From assembly GCA_009377585.1 (NCBI GenBank), contig WHTS01000004.1, positions 11,874 through 75,873 of the forward strand: a stretch of 64,000 bases of DNA, read 5' to 3'. Below the pieces are notes generated by a model, which made no database searches, was not told the DNA's origin, and worked only from the letters and a program-made list of their open reading frames with translations. Both the position numbers and the translations under genes were made by a program. Within the stretch, counting starts at the first letter, position 1. Each line of letters begins with the position of its first letter. Below are positions 9,906 to 21,943 of the stretch, piece after piece. This DNA comes from Betaproteobacteria bacterium (lineage in GTDB: Bacteria; Pseudomonadota; Gammaproteobacteria; Burkholderiales; WYBJ01).

Positions 9906-11111
9906 TCAATCCGACGTTAACCCCATCACACTTCGAACGTCCCGCATCGTCTCCTGCGCGAGTTTCCTGGCCCGCTCGCAGCCATCGGCGACGATGCTGT
10001 TGAGCAGCAGCGAATCCTTCACGTAGGGCTCGGCGCGCTCGCGCATCGGCTTCTGCTCTTCCAGAATGGCGTCGATCACCGGCTGCTTGCATTGCAGGCA
10101 GCCGATGCCCGCGCTGCGGCAGCCTTGCAGCACCCATTGCTTGCGCGGCTCGTCCGAATACACCAGGTGCAACTGCCAGACGGGGCATTTCTCCGGTTCA
10201 CCCGGGTCGGTGCGGCGCACGCGCGCGGGATCGGTCGGCATGGTGCGTATCTTCTTCACCACCGAATCCGGCGCTTCGCGCAGCCCGATCGTATTGTCAT
10301 AGGATTTCGACATTTTCTGGCCGTCGATTCCCGGCATGCGCGCTGCTTCCGTGAGCAGCGCCTCGGGCTCCGTGAGAATGATGCGTCCTCCGCCTTCGAG
10401 GTAGCCGAACAGGCGTTCCCGGTCTCCCAGGCTGACATTCTGCGCTTCGTCCAGCAAGGCGCGTGCCGACGAAAGCGCCTCGGTATCGCCCTGCTCGAGA
10501 TAGCGGGTGCGCAAATCCCGGTACACGCGCGCGCGGCGGCTGCCGAGCTTCTTGACCGCTTCCTCCGCCTTGTCTTCGAAACCGGGCGGCTTGCCGAACA
10601 AATGGTTGAAGCGCCGCGCGATCTCGCGCGTGAACTCCACGTGCGGGACCTGATCCTCGCCCACCGGGACCATGTTGGCCCGATAGATCAGGATGTCGGC
10701 GCTCTGCAGCAGCGGATAGCCCAGAAAGCCATAGGTCGAGAGATCCTTTTCCGACAGTTTCTCCTGCTGCTCCTTGTACGTCGGCACACGCTCGAGCCAG
10801 CCCAGCGGCGTGATCATCGACAGGAGCAGGTGCAACTCGGCATGCTCCGGCACTTGCGACTGCACGAACAGCACCGCCTGTGAAGGATCGACCCCGGCGG
10901 CGATCCAGTCGATCAGCATTTCCCGGGTGTTGTGCTCGATGCTGCTCGGCGCATCGTAGTGCGTCGTCAGCGCGTGCCAATCGGCAACGAAGAACAGGCA
11001 TTGGTATTCGTGCTGCAGCCTGACCCAGTTCTTCAGCACCCCGTGATAATGCCCGAGGTGCAGGTTTCCGGTCGGGCGCATGCCGGAGAGCACTCGGTCA
11101 GCGAACATCAT
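9906..11111 (-). CDS. trpS: Tryptophanyl-tRNA synthetase
   Basis: SGMRPTGNLHLGH (HIGH), VPVGEDQ, KMSKS; long betaproteobacterial-type insertion. Confidence 0.97.
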   Translation of the reverse strand: MMFADRVLSGMRPTGNLHLGHYHGVLKNWVRLQHEYQCLFFVADWHALTTHYDAPSSIEHNTREMLIDWIAAGVDPSQAVLFVQSQVPEHAELHLLLSMITPLGWLERVPTYKEQQEKLSEKDLSTYGFLGYPLLQSADILIYRANMVPVGEDQVPHVEFTREIARRFNHLFGKPPGFEDKAEEAVKKLGSRRARVYRDLRTRYLEQGDTEALSSARALLDEAQNVSLGDRERLFGYLEGGGRIILTEPEALLTEAARMPGIDGQKMSKSYDNTIGLREAPDSVVKKIRTMPTDPARVRRTDPGEPEKCPVWQLHLVYSDEPRKQWVLQGCRSAGIGCLQCKQPVIDAILEEQKPMRERAEPYVKDSLLLNSIVADGCERARKLAQETMRDVRSVMGLTSD

Positions 11112-11160
11112 GCGAATCGGACCTCGTCAATGACAGAAATTTCCCATACGCGCCCCCTTC

Positions 11161-11793
11161 CTAGTCGGTCGCGGGCAATCCGAGCCGGTCGATCGGCCCC
11201 TTTCCCTTGCGGATGACAACCGGCGCGACGCCGGTGAGGTCGACCACGGTGCTCGGCTCCATGCCGCACGGCCCCGCATCGAGGATCAAGTCGATACGTC
11301 CGGCCATGCGGGCGCGGATCTCGTCCGCATCGTTCATGGGATAGTCGTCGCCGGGAAGCTGCAGGGTCGTGCTGAGCAAGGGCTCCGCAAGCTCGGCGAT
11401 CAGCGCCGCCGCGACCGGGTGAACGGTCAGGCGCACGCCGATCGCTTTTTTTTGCGGATGCTGCAGGCGCCTCGGAACCTCCCGGGTTGCGGGCAATATG
11501 AACACGTATTCGCCCGAACCGGCCCGCTTGATCGTGCGGAAACGCATATCGTCCATCCGGGCGTACAGAGCCGCCTGCCCGATGCCGGAGCAGACGAGCG
11601 TCAGGTGGTGCTCCGGGGCGAGCGCCCGAATGGCGCGCATCCGGTCCGACGCATCCTTGTCGCCGATGCGGCAGCCCAGCGCGTAGGTGGTGTCGGTCGG
11701 ATATGCGATCACGCCGCCCGAGCGCACGCAGTCCGCGGCGCGGCGGATCAATCGGGCTTGCGGATCGGCGGGATGAATGGCGATGGAAGACAA
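11161..11793 (-). CDS. Sua5/YciO/YrdC family protein (threonylcarbamoyl-AMP synthase-like, YciO type)
   Basis: GGVIAYPTDTTYALGC, LPATREVPRRL..P.KKAIGVR, PSTVVDLT, R.GKG; TTG start. Confidence 0.88.
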   Translation of the reverse strand: MSSIAIHPADPQARLIRRAADCVRSGGVIAYPTDTTYALGCRIGDKDASDRMRAIRALAPEHHLTLVCSGIGQAALYARMDDMRFRTIKRAGSGEYVFILPATREVPRRLQHPQKKAIGVRLTVHPVAAALIAELAEPLLSTTLQLPGDDYPMNDADEIRARMAGRIDLILDAGPCGMEPSTVVDLTGVAPVVIRKGKGPIDRLGLPATD

Positions 11794-11939
11794 GTCAATC
11801 CGCCAGGAATCGAATATTCATCATAGCAGAGCGCATCTTCCCGCCTGCAGGCCCCTCCGGGGGCGGGCGCGGAGTTCCGGGTGTAGGTAGCGGCGCCGGC
11901 ACGGGCGCTGACAGCGCCGAGAGCGTGCCGGAGACCGGC

Positions 11940-12560
11940 TTACGCCGTCGCGCGCAGGCGGCTTTGGGCCGGCACGTGTTGCGAGAGGAATTCCATCTGA
12001 TCGAGCAGAATGCGCCGGTTGGTCAGTATCAAATATTCCGCGCGGTTGGGTACGTACGGCGCGTACAGCAGCTCCATCCCGGCTTGCTCGGGCGTCCGGT
12101 CGCTCTTGCGCTCGTTGCAAGAGCGGCATGCGGTCACGACGTTCATCCAGGTATCGCGCCCGCCGCGCGAAAAGGGCGTGATGTGGTCGCGCGTAAGCCG
12201 CGTGGTGCTGAATATGCCGCCGCAATAGGCGCACAAGTGCCTGTCGCGATGGAACAGTTCCCGATTGCTCAGCGGCGGAACGTTATTGAACGAGCGAATC
12301 GCCATCGCCTTGCCCTTGATGGCGATGATGCTCGAAGCCGAGATGTGCGAACGCTCGCCCGAGATGCGCGACAGACCGCCGTAGATCGTGAACGCCGTGG
12401 CGCCGAGAGACCAGGCGATGCGTTCCTTGGCGTAGTAGTAGCAGGCGTGCTGCCAGGTGATCCAGCGGTGTGGAACGCCGTGCATGTCGAGGGTCAGAAT
12501 CAACGGAAAGTTGACCGGATTCTGCGTCCCGCGAACAGGAACACTCGACTGGATCATCAC
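11940..12560 (-). CDS. HNH endonuclease (start uncertain)
   Basis: LFHRDRHLCAYCG, LTRDHITPFSRGG, WMNVVTACRSCNERK. Confidence 0.88.
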   Translation of the reverse strand: MMIQSSVPVRGTQNPVNFPLILTLDMHGVPHRWITWQHACYYYAKERIAWSLGATAFTIYGGLSRISGERSHISASSIIAIKGKAMAIRSFNNVPPLSNRELFHRDRHLCAYCGGIFSTTRLTRDHITPFSRGGRDTWMNVVTACRSCNERKSDRTPEQAGMELLYAPYVPNRAEYLILTNRRILLDQMEFLSQHVPAQSRLRATA

Positions 12561-12917
12561 GCCCTTCGCAGCTTGCGCGTCGATTGCTCGGCGAACCCCG
12601 GCACGCTGCAGCGTCTACCGGCTTCGCCACAGATGCCATTGTCGCTGCAGACGTGACCGGAAATCAATAGCTTGTAGGCTCTTCTTGCGCTTCACGGCCG
12701 CCCCGCACCATGGCAAGCAGGCGCGCGATCGCCAGGGGTGAAAGACGGTGGATCGACAAGCGCTGCCCGCGCAGGAACGTCAAGCCCTTGGTCCGCACCC
12801 GCAGCAGCGTCTATAATCGCCTTCTTTCATGTACTTTTCCGAGTCCGATCCCACACACGTGCGACTGCGATCCATCCGCTCTTCTTCGCGCCATCGGCAA
12901 TTGCGGTCGCCTGGAGT

Positions 12918-14375
12918 ATGACCGCGAATACCGCCACCGCCCCTCAAAGCACTGCCGCCACCTTCGACGCCCTCGAGCTCCTTCCCGAGCTCCTGCGCGC
13001 CGTTGCCGAGCAAGGTTACACCGAGCCCACCCCCATCCAGCGCCAGGCGATTCCCGCCGTGCTGGCCCGCCGCGACATCATGGGCAGCGCCCAGACCGGG
13101 ACCGGCAAGACAGCCAGTTTCGCGCTTCCCATCCTGCAATTATTGGCGCCACACGCCAGCACCAGCCCTTCGCCGGCACGGCACCCGGTGCGGGCACTCG
13201 TGCTTACGCCGACGCGCGAGCTTGCGGTGCAGGTCTTCGAGAGCTTCCGGGGCTACGGCAAGCACGTGCCGCTGCGAACCACCGTCGTCTACGGCGGTGT
13301 GGACATGAATCCCCAGATACGCGCCTTGCATGGCGGGGTCGAGATCGTGGTCGCCACGCCGGGACGGCTGCTCGACCACGTCCGCAGCCGCACCGCGAAC
13401 CTGAGCCGCGTCGAGATACTGGTGCTGGACGAAGCGGACCGGATGCTCGATATGGGCTTCCTGCCCGACATCAAGCGCATTCTCGCCACCATCCCGGCGC
13501 AGCGCCAGAACCTGCTGTTCTCGGCCACATTCTCCGACGAGATTCGCAAGCTGGCGGACGAGTTGCTCAATCGGCCGATTCTGATCGCGGTTGCACCGCG
13601 CAATACGGCGGCGGAAAGCGTGACCCACCAGGCCTACGCGGTGGGCGGCGAAGACAAGCGGCGCGCGCTCGCGCACCTGGTGAAGTCGCGCGAACTGCGC
13701 CAAGTGCTCGTGTTCACGCGCACGCGCCTGGGCGCGAACCGGCTGGCGCGAGGACTTGAGCGCGACGGCATCGATGCCACCGCCATTCACAGCAACCGCA
13801 CCCAGGCGGAGCGCGAGAAAGCGCTGGCGGATTTCAAGACCGGGGCAGTGCGCGTGCTGGTCGCCACCGATGTCGCCTCGCGCGGCATCGACATCGAAGA
13901 GCTGCCGATCGTCGTCAACTACGAGCTGCCCTATTCCCCGGAGGACTACTTGCATCGCATCGGTCGCACCGGCCGCGCCGGCAGCAGCGGCGAAGCGATT
14001 TCCCTGGTGGAGCCGGAAGAGTACAAGCTGCTCGCGGATATCGAGCGGCTGCTCAAGCGCGACATCCCACGCGAGGCGCTCGAATTTGGCGGCGCTGCAT
14101 CCGCACCGGGCGTACGGAGTGAACCGCGCGCGCATGCACGCGAGCGGCATGGCCGTGATCCGCGCAGCGAAAATCGCGTATCGGCTGCGCGCGGCCACCG
14201 CCCCGCGCCGGCAGCCAAGGCGGTGGCCGAGGATGGATTCGACTTCAGCAAGCCGTACGAGCCCGCCAACGACGCCACCGCCGCCAGCAAGCCGGCCGCC
14301 GAGGTGCAACCGGGGCGCAGGCGGCGGCCCAGCCGCGAGACGGCAGTCCTGCTAGGCGGTTCGCGCTCCAAATAG
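12918..14375 (+). CDS. rhlE: DEAD-box RNA helicase, RhlE-like
   Basis: Q motif [51 protein letters not shown]; basic C-tail; GGAG RBS before ATG 12918. Confidence 0.92.
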   Translation: MTANTATAPQSTAATFDALELLPELLRAVAEQGYTEPTPIQRQAIPAVLARRDIMGSAQTGTGKTASFALPILQLLAPHASTSPSPARHPVRALVLTPTRELAVQVFESFRGYGKHVPLRTTVVYGGVDMNPQIRALHGGVEIVVATPGRLLDHVRSRTANLSRVEILVLDEADRMLDMGFLPDIKRILATIPAQRQNLLFSATFSDEIRKLADELLNRPILIAVAPRNTAAESVTHQAYAVGGEDKRRALAHLVKSRELRQVLVFTRTRLGANRLARGLERDGIDATAIHSNRTQAEREKALADFKTGAVRVLVATDVASRGIDIEELPIVVNYELPYSPEDYLHRIGRTGRAGSSGEAISLVEPEEYKLLADIERLLKRDIPREALEFGGAASAPGVRSEPRAHARERHGRDPRSENRVSAARGHRPAPAAKAVAEDGFDFSKPYEPANDATAASKPAAEVQPGRRRRPSRETAVLLGGSRSK

Positions 14376-14391
14376 CGCCCGCGCGCGCCCT

Positions 14392-15063
14392 GTGCTCACG
14401 ATCCGGGGCTTGCGCAAATCGTTCGCCGGCACTGCGCCGCAGATGCTGTTCGACGGCCTCGATCTCGACCTGGCCGGCGGCGAATTCGTTGCCATCATGG
14501 GCGAGTCCGGAAGCGGCAAATCCACGCTCCTCAACCTCATCGCAGGGCTCGACCGGGCTGATGCGGGCTCGATTCGATTCGAGGCCACCGACATCGGCCA
14601 ATTGTCCGAAGACGATCGGGCCGCGTTTCGCCGCCGCCATCTCGGCTTCGTCTTCCAGGCCTTTCACCTTCTGCCCTACCTTAGCGTCGCCGACAACGCC
14701 GCTCTGCCTCTGGTACTGGCCGGCATCGCGGCTTCCGAACGCGCCGACCGCGTCGAGGCCATGCTCGCCCGGGTGGGATTGGCGCAGCGCGCGCAGTCCC
14801 GGCCGCACGAGCTCTCGGGCGGCGAGATGCAGCGGGTTGCCATCGCGCGCGCGCTGATCCATCGCCCGCGCCTGGTGCTCGCCGACGAGCCGACCGGGAA
14901 TCTCGATGTCGAGCACGCAGCCGACGTGCTGGCTCTGCTTCGCAGCCAGACGGACACAGCCGCAGCCGCATGCATCCTGGTTACGCATTCCGCGACTGCC
15001 GCGCGCAGCGCCGATCGGATCTACAACCTGAGCACCGCGGGACTCGAGCTCGCCGCACGCTGA
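14392..15063 (+). CDS. ABC transporter ATP-binding protein (LolD/MacB-like, AttE-like)
   Basis: GESGSGKST, LSGGEMQRVAIARAL, LADEPTGNLD. Confidence 0.92.
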   Translation: MLTIRGLRKSFAGTAPQMLFDGLDLDLAGGEFVAIMGESGSGKSTLLNLIAGLDRADAGSIRFEATDIGQLSEDDRAAFRRRHLGFVFQAFHLLPYLSVADNAALPLVLAGIAASERADRVEAMLARVGLAQRAQSRPHELSGGEMQRVAIARALIHRPRLVLADEPTGNLDVEHAADVLALLRSQTDTAAAACILVTHSATAARSADRIYNLSTAGLELAAR

Positions 15064-17579
15064 TGCCGCTTGCCGCCTTCGCTGCGCTCGCGCGCCACAT
15101 CATCTGGGGTGCATGGTCGGGAAATCGCGGCCGGCTTGCGCTCACGGTGCTGGCCATCGCACTCGGCGTCGCGCTCGCCTGCGCGGTGCATCTCATCAAC
15201 CACTCGGCAGCTGCGGAATTTACCGCCGCGGTCCGCGGCCTCACCGGAGCCGCAGATCTCAACGTGCGCGGGCCACGTTCCGGCTTCGACGAGATGCTCT
15301 ATCCGCGTCTCGCGCGCCGCCCCGAAGTCGCGGCGGTGAGCCCGGTCCTCGAGATCGACGCCAAGCTGGTGCAGCCTGCAGGTGTCCTGCGCATCCAGGG
15401 GATCGATCCGTTGCGCGCGCTGGAGCTGCAGCCCGGCCTGCTGGGGGAGGCGCAGGCGCACCTGATCGATTTGCTCGCCCCGAACACTGTCATGTTGAGT
15501 CTTGCCGCGGCGCAGGCGCTCGGCGCCGCCGCGGGCGACGTCCTGCGCGCGCAGTCGGGCCTGAGCAGCGTCGAGCTCCGCGTGATCGCGGTCTTGCCCC
15601 TGAACGACGCAACTCGCCAGCCGCTCGCCCTGATGGATATCGCCTCGGCGCAGTGGGCGTTCGATCGCCTCGGCGTGCTGACCCGGCTGGACGTCCGCTT
15701 GCGCCCGGGCGCCGAGCTCGGTCGCACCGTGGCGGCAATCAATGCCGAGCTGCCGCCCGGGGTCGTCGCTTCCAAGTCCGACGTTGCAGCCGAACAAGGC
15801 CTCGCTTTGTCGCGCGCCTACCGGGTCAATCTGAACATGCTGGCGCTGGTTTCGCTCTTCACCGGCGCGGTGCTGGTCTATTCGACCCAAGCCTTGTCGA
15901 TGCTGCGCCGGCGCACGCACTTCGCGCTGTTGCGGGCGCTCGGCCTGCCCGCGCGCATGCTGGGCGCCTTGCTCGCTGTCGAGACCGGGGTGCTCGGGGT
16001 CATCGGAACGATACTCGGTTTGCTGCTGGGCATCGTTACCGCCGGCATTGCGATCGCGCACCTGGGCGGCGACCTCGGTGCAGGCTTTTTTGCCGGCGTG
16101 GTTGCGCGCTTGCACATCGATCCGGTTGGCCTTACGGCGATCGCCGCCTGCGGCATCGTGGCAAGCGTGTTGGGCGGCTTGGCGCCGGCCATGGAAGCCG
16201 CGGCGGCCGCTCCGGCACCGGCGCTTCGCAGCGGGGCCGAGCAGCGCATTCACGTATACCGACCGCACTGGCTTCCGGCCGCGGCTCTGGCCGCGCTGGC
16301 AGGCGTGCTTGGCACCTTGCCGGCCGTCGACGGCCTGCCGCTATTCGGCTATGCCTCGCTCGCCTGCCTGCTGCTCGCAGCGCTCATGTTCATGCCGGCC
16401 TATGCACGCTTGGCGTTGAGCGATGTGCCGCTGCCGCAACGGCCTGCAAGCCGTCTCGCGCTCCAGCAGCTGCGCGGTGCACCGCGCTACGCCAGCATCA
16501 GCCTTGCGGCGATCCTCGCTGCGATGAGCCTCACGGTCGCGATGCTGATCATGATCGCCTCGTTTCGCCAGTCGCTGGATACCTGGCTGCACGCGGTGCT
16601 GCCGGCCGACCTGTATGCGCGCGGCGGCAGGGCTGCGAGCGCCTGGATCGACCCTGGCACGCAGGAGCGCATGCGAGCCGTGGACGGCGTGGACCGTATC
16701 GCGTTTTCGCGCTTCGATTCGATCGTGCTCGACCCGCGCCGCCCGCCGGTCACGCTCATCGCGCGCGATCTGGATCCGCAGCGGCCCGAGGCGCTGCAAT
16801 GGGTTTCGCCGCAACGCCTGCCGCAGGACGGCTCGGCGCCGATCTGGGTTTCCGAAGCGGCGCGTGAGCTGTTCGCGCTCGACATCGGCAAGCGCGTGGA
16901 AATTCCGCTGAGCGGCGAGACGGTCACCGCAACCGTGGCCGGAATCTGGCGCGATTACGTGCGCCAAGGCGGTGCCGTGCTCATGCCGCGCGCCGAATAC
17001 CTCCGTGCCGGGGGCGATGCGAGAGCGAACGAAGCGTGGATCTGGCTGCGTCCCGGCATGGATCCGTCGCGTGCGGCCGAAACGCTGCGCGCAACGCTCG
17101 GGTTGGGCCCCGAGCTCGAATTGCGCGAACCCCGCTCGCTGCGCGAGTCGTCGCTCGCACGGTTCGATCGAACCTTCGCCGTCACCTACCTCCTCGAAGT
17201 CGTAGCCGTCGTCATCGGGTTGTTCGGGATCAGCGTCGGCGCGAGCGCGCAGGCCTTGGCGCGCCGGCGCGAGCTGAGCATGCTGCATCACGTCGGCATG
17301 TCACGCAGGCAAATCGGCCGCTCGCTCGCGATCGAGGGCGGCGTCGTCGGCGCGCTCGGCGCGTTTGCGGGGCTGGTCGTGGGCGGCGCGATGAGCATCA
17401 TCCTGGTTCACGTCATCAACCGGCAATCGTTCCACTGGTCCATGGAGATCCATGTGCCGTGGATCCCGCTCGCCGCCCTGGCGGCGGCCTTGAGCGTGTG
17501 CGCTGCTCTGACTGCAGGCGTGAGTGTGCGCCGGGCGCTGGGCGAGGACATTGTCGTTGCCGTGAAAGAAGACTGGTGA
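15063..17579 (+). CDS. FtsX-like double-domain ABC permease (AttF/G-like)
   Basis: Two MacB/FtsX-type halves with periplasmic domains; ATG overlaps the upstream stop. Confidence 0.85.
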   Translation: MPLAAFAALARHIIWGAWSGNRGRLALTVLAIALGVALACAVHLINHSAAAEFTAAVRGLTGAADLNVRGPRSGFDEMLYPRLARRPEVAAVSPVLEIDAKLVQPAGVLRIQGIDPLRALELQPGLLGEAQAHLIDLLAPNTVMLSLAAAQALGAAAGDVLRAQSGLSSVELRVIAVLPLNDATRQPLALMDIASAQWAFDRLGVLTRLDVRLRPGAELGRTVAAINAELPPGVVASKSDVAAEQGLALSRAYRVNLNMLALVSLFTGAVLVYSTQALSMLRRRTHFALLRALGLPARMLGALLAVETGVLGVIGTILGLLLGIVTAGIAIAHLGGDLGAGFFAGVVARLHIDPVGLTAIAACGIVASVLGGLAPAMEAAAAAPAPALRSGAEQRIHVYRPHWLPAAALAALAGVLGTLPAVDGLPLFGYASLACLLLAALMFMPAYARLALSDVPLPQRPASRLALQQLRGAPRYASISLAAILAAMSLTVAMLIMIASFRQSLDTWLHAVLPADLYARGGRAASAWIDPGTQERMRAVDGVDRIAFSRFDSIVLDPRRPPVTLIARDLDPQRPEALQWVSPQRLPQDGSAPIWVSEAARELFALDIGKRVEIPLSGETVTATVAGIWRDYVRQGGAVLMPRAEYLRAGGDARANEAWIWLRPGMDPSRAAETLRATLGLGPELELREPRSLRESSLARFDRTFAVTYLLEVVAVVIGLFGISVGASAQALARRRELSMLHHVGMSRRQIGRSLAIEGGVVGALGAFAGLVVGGAMSIILVHVINRQSFHWSMEIHVPWIPLAALAAALSVCAALTAGVSVRRALGEDIVVAVKEDW

Positions 17580-18649
17580 TGAATCGACGCGAGTGCCTGA
17601 AAGGCGCGCTGGCCGTGATCGCGCTGCCTGCCACAGCCCGCGCGGCGCAAAGCGGCTTCGCCCCGGTGGTGCCCGGGCGCGTCTTGCGCTTTCCCGAGGA
17701 CGAAGGCAGTCATCCCGGATTTCGCACCGAGTGGTGGTACGTGACCGGATGGCTCGATGGCGCCGGCGAGCCGCTGGGGTTCCAGGTGACGTTCTTTCGC
17801 GCCCGCCCGCATCCGGCGAGCGGCAATCCGAGCCGCTTCGATCCGCGCGACATCCTTATCCTGCATGCCGCGGTGTCCGAGCGAGCCCACGGCCGGTTGC
17901 GGCACGTACAACGCGGTGCGCGCGCGGGTTTCGGCCTGGCGGAAGCGGCTACGGGCCGGACCGCCGTGCACATCGACGATTGGTACTTGCGAACGAACGC
18001 TGCGGGCTATGCAACACGCATCGATGCGGGCGATTTCACTCTCGACCTCCAACTCGATCCGACCCAGCCGCCGCTGCTGCAGGGCGATGGCGGCTACAGC
18101 CGCAAGGGCCCGCGGCCCGAGTCGGCGAGCTATTACTACAGCCTGCCGCATCTGCGCGTCGGCGGCCAGGTGCGCATCGAAGGCCGCACGCGCGACGTGC
18201 TCGGTTCGGCTTGGTTCGACCACGAGTGGTCGAGTGAATACATGGCGCCGCAAGCGGTCGGCTGGGACTGGACCGGGATCAATCTCGACGACGGCTCGGC
18301 GCTGATGGCGTTTCGCATGCGCACCCGCGACGGCAGAACGTTCTGGGCGGCGGCTACGCTGAAAAGGGCGCAACAGCGCCGCACGTTCGCGCCGGACGAG
18401 GTCGTCTGGAGCCCCAAGCGCACATGGCGCAGCCCACGCACCGGCGCAACCTACCCGGTGGCGATGGAGCTACGCGTCGGCGATCTGCGAGTCGAGCTCG
18501 TGCCGATGATGGACGACCAGGAGAACGACGCGCGCATCACCACCGGCGCGGTTTACTGGGAAGGCGCGGTGACGGCGCTCGTCCACGGCCAGCCCGCGGG
18601 GCGCGGCTACATGGAGCTCACCGGGTATGCCGGCAAGCTCGAGCTATAG
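17579..18649 (+). CDS. Lipocalin-like AttH/CrtC (carotenoid 1,2-hydratase-like) protein with probable Tat signal
   Basis: MNRRECLKGALA twin-arginine signal; HPGFRTEWWYVTGWL, ASYYYSLP, WFDHEWS, GWDWTGINL, YWEGAV, GYMELTGY. Confidence 0.85.
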   Translation: MNRRECLKGALAVIALPATARAAQSGFAPVVPGRVLRFPEDEGSHPGFRTEWWYVTGWLDGAGEPLGFQVTFFRARPHPASGNPSRFDPRDILILHAAVSERAHGRLRHVQRGARAGFGLAEAATGRTAVHIDDWYLRTNAAGYATRIDAGDFTLDLQLDPTQPPLLQGDGGYSRKGPRPESASYYYSLPHLRVGGQVRIEGRTRDVLGSAWFDHEWSSEYMAPQAVGWDWTGINLDDGSALMAFRMRTRDGRTFWAAATLKRAQQRRTFAPDEVVWSPKRTWRSPRTGATYPVAMELRVGDLRVELVPMMDDQENDARITTGAVYWEGAVTALVHGQPAGRGYMELTGYAGKLEL

Positions 18650-18682
18650 CCCCCTTCAGGCGCCACGCTGAACGCGATAAGC

Positions 18683-18715
18683 AAAGAAAAAGCGGCGTAC
18701 CCACGGATACGCCGC
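18683..18715 (-). terminator. Intrinsic terminator for the clpB transcript
   Basis: 8-bp stem GCGGCGTA/TACGCCGC followed on the minus strand by TTTTTCTTT. Confidence 0.7.
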
Positions 18716-18757
18716 GATGCGTGTGGCGGAGGGCCGATGATGTGCTCATGCGTGAGG

Positions 18758-19001
18758 ACCACCCCGTCCGCAACTTTGTCGCGTCCCGCCCCTCCTTGGC
18801 AGGAGGGGAACATCTTGGCTTTCCCAGTTCGATCCCACCGCCAAGCCGCTCAGCTACAACCCCCTTGGCAGGAGGGGAACATCTTGGCTTTCCCAGTTCG
18901 ATCCCACCGCAAGCCGCTCAGCTACAACCTCCTTGGCAGGAGGGGAATCTTGGCTTTCCCCTCCTCTCAGGAGGAGGGGTGGCGCGCAGCGCCGGGGTGG
19001 T
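18758..19001. repeat. REP-like element with an internal tandem amplification (69/68-bp unit, about 2.4 copies)
   Basis: CCTTGGCAGGAGGGGAA.. recurs at 18794, 18863 and 18931. Ends ACCACCCCG (18758) and CGGGGTGGT (18993-19001) are inverted. Confidence 0.85.
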
Positions 19002-19011
19002 GTGGGTCTCC

Positions 19012-21618
<2,607 letters not shown>

Positions 21619-21653
21619 CGGCTCAATCCCGTGGCTTCTAGGTTGGGGTCTAG

Positions 21654-21680
21654 ATGGGGGACTGCGACACCATTTCAACC
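21654..21680 (-). promoter_or_regulatory. Sigma32 (RpoH) promoter of clpB
   Basis: Minus strand GGTTGAAA-13 nt-CCCCATCT matches the RpoH consensus (TTGAAA / CCCCAT), 35 bp upstream of the ATG. Confidence 0.8.
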
Positions 21681-21818
21681 TGGCGCGCGCGGTGCCGCTC
21701 GGTCACGGTCCACCTATTGAGGCTTGGTCCGCAAATCCAAAACCCGAGCCCCTGCGATCAAATTCCGGGCCCGCGCAGAAACTGCATTGCGCGCCTGGAA
21801 GCAGCCGACCGTCCCGGC

Positions 21819-21936
21819 GGGGTCTTGCTCCTGCATCGCACGGCCGCCGGCGGGGTCAGGTCTTGCTCGTTGCATCGCGCGCCGAAATTTTCGGCACCTT
21901 GGGCAGCACGTGATGCAACGAGCAAGACCTGACCCC
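21819..21936. repeat. MITE/REP-like inverted repeat element
   Basis: Perfect 25-bp inverted repeats GGGGTCAGGTCTTGCTCGTTGCATC (21852-21876 / 21912-21936), plus a degenerate extra arm at about 21819-21842. Confidence 0.8.
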
Positions 21937-21943
21937 ACTTGCC

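Noticed and set aside
3640-9906. Calling the PEP-CTERM islet an integrative or transposable element
   Set aside because: No integrase/transposase, tRNA target or terminal repeats found, so it is reported only as a compositional islet.
11940-12560. HNH gene as a homing, mobile or defence element
   Set aside because: Stand-alone, host-like GC, with no intron, methylase or repeat context; it looks like the common chromosomal HNH type.
18820-18845. GTTCGATCCC...CCA as a tRNA 3' end or attachment site
   Set aside because: The T-arm stem does not pair, the spacing to CCA is too short, and no cloverleaf forms.
18789-18960. Tandem 69-bp repeats as a CRISPR array
   Set aside because: The whole unit repeats with no unique spacers, there are only about 2.4 copies, and no cas genes are present.
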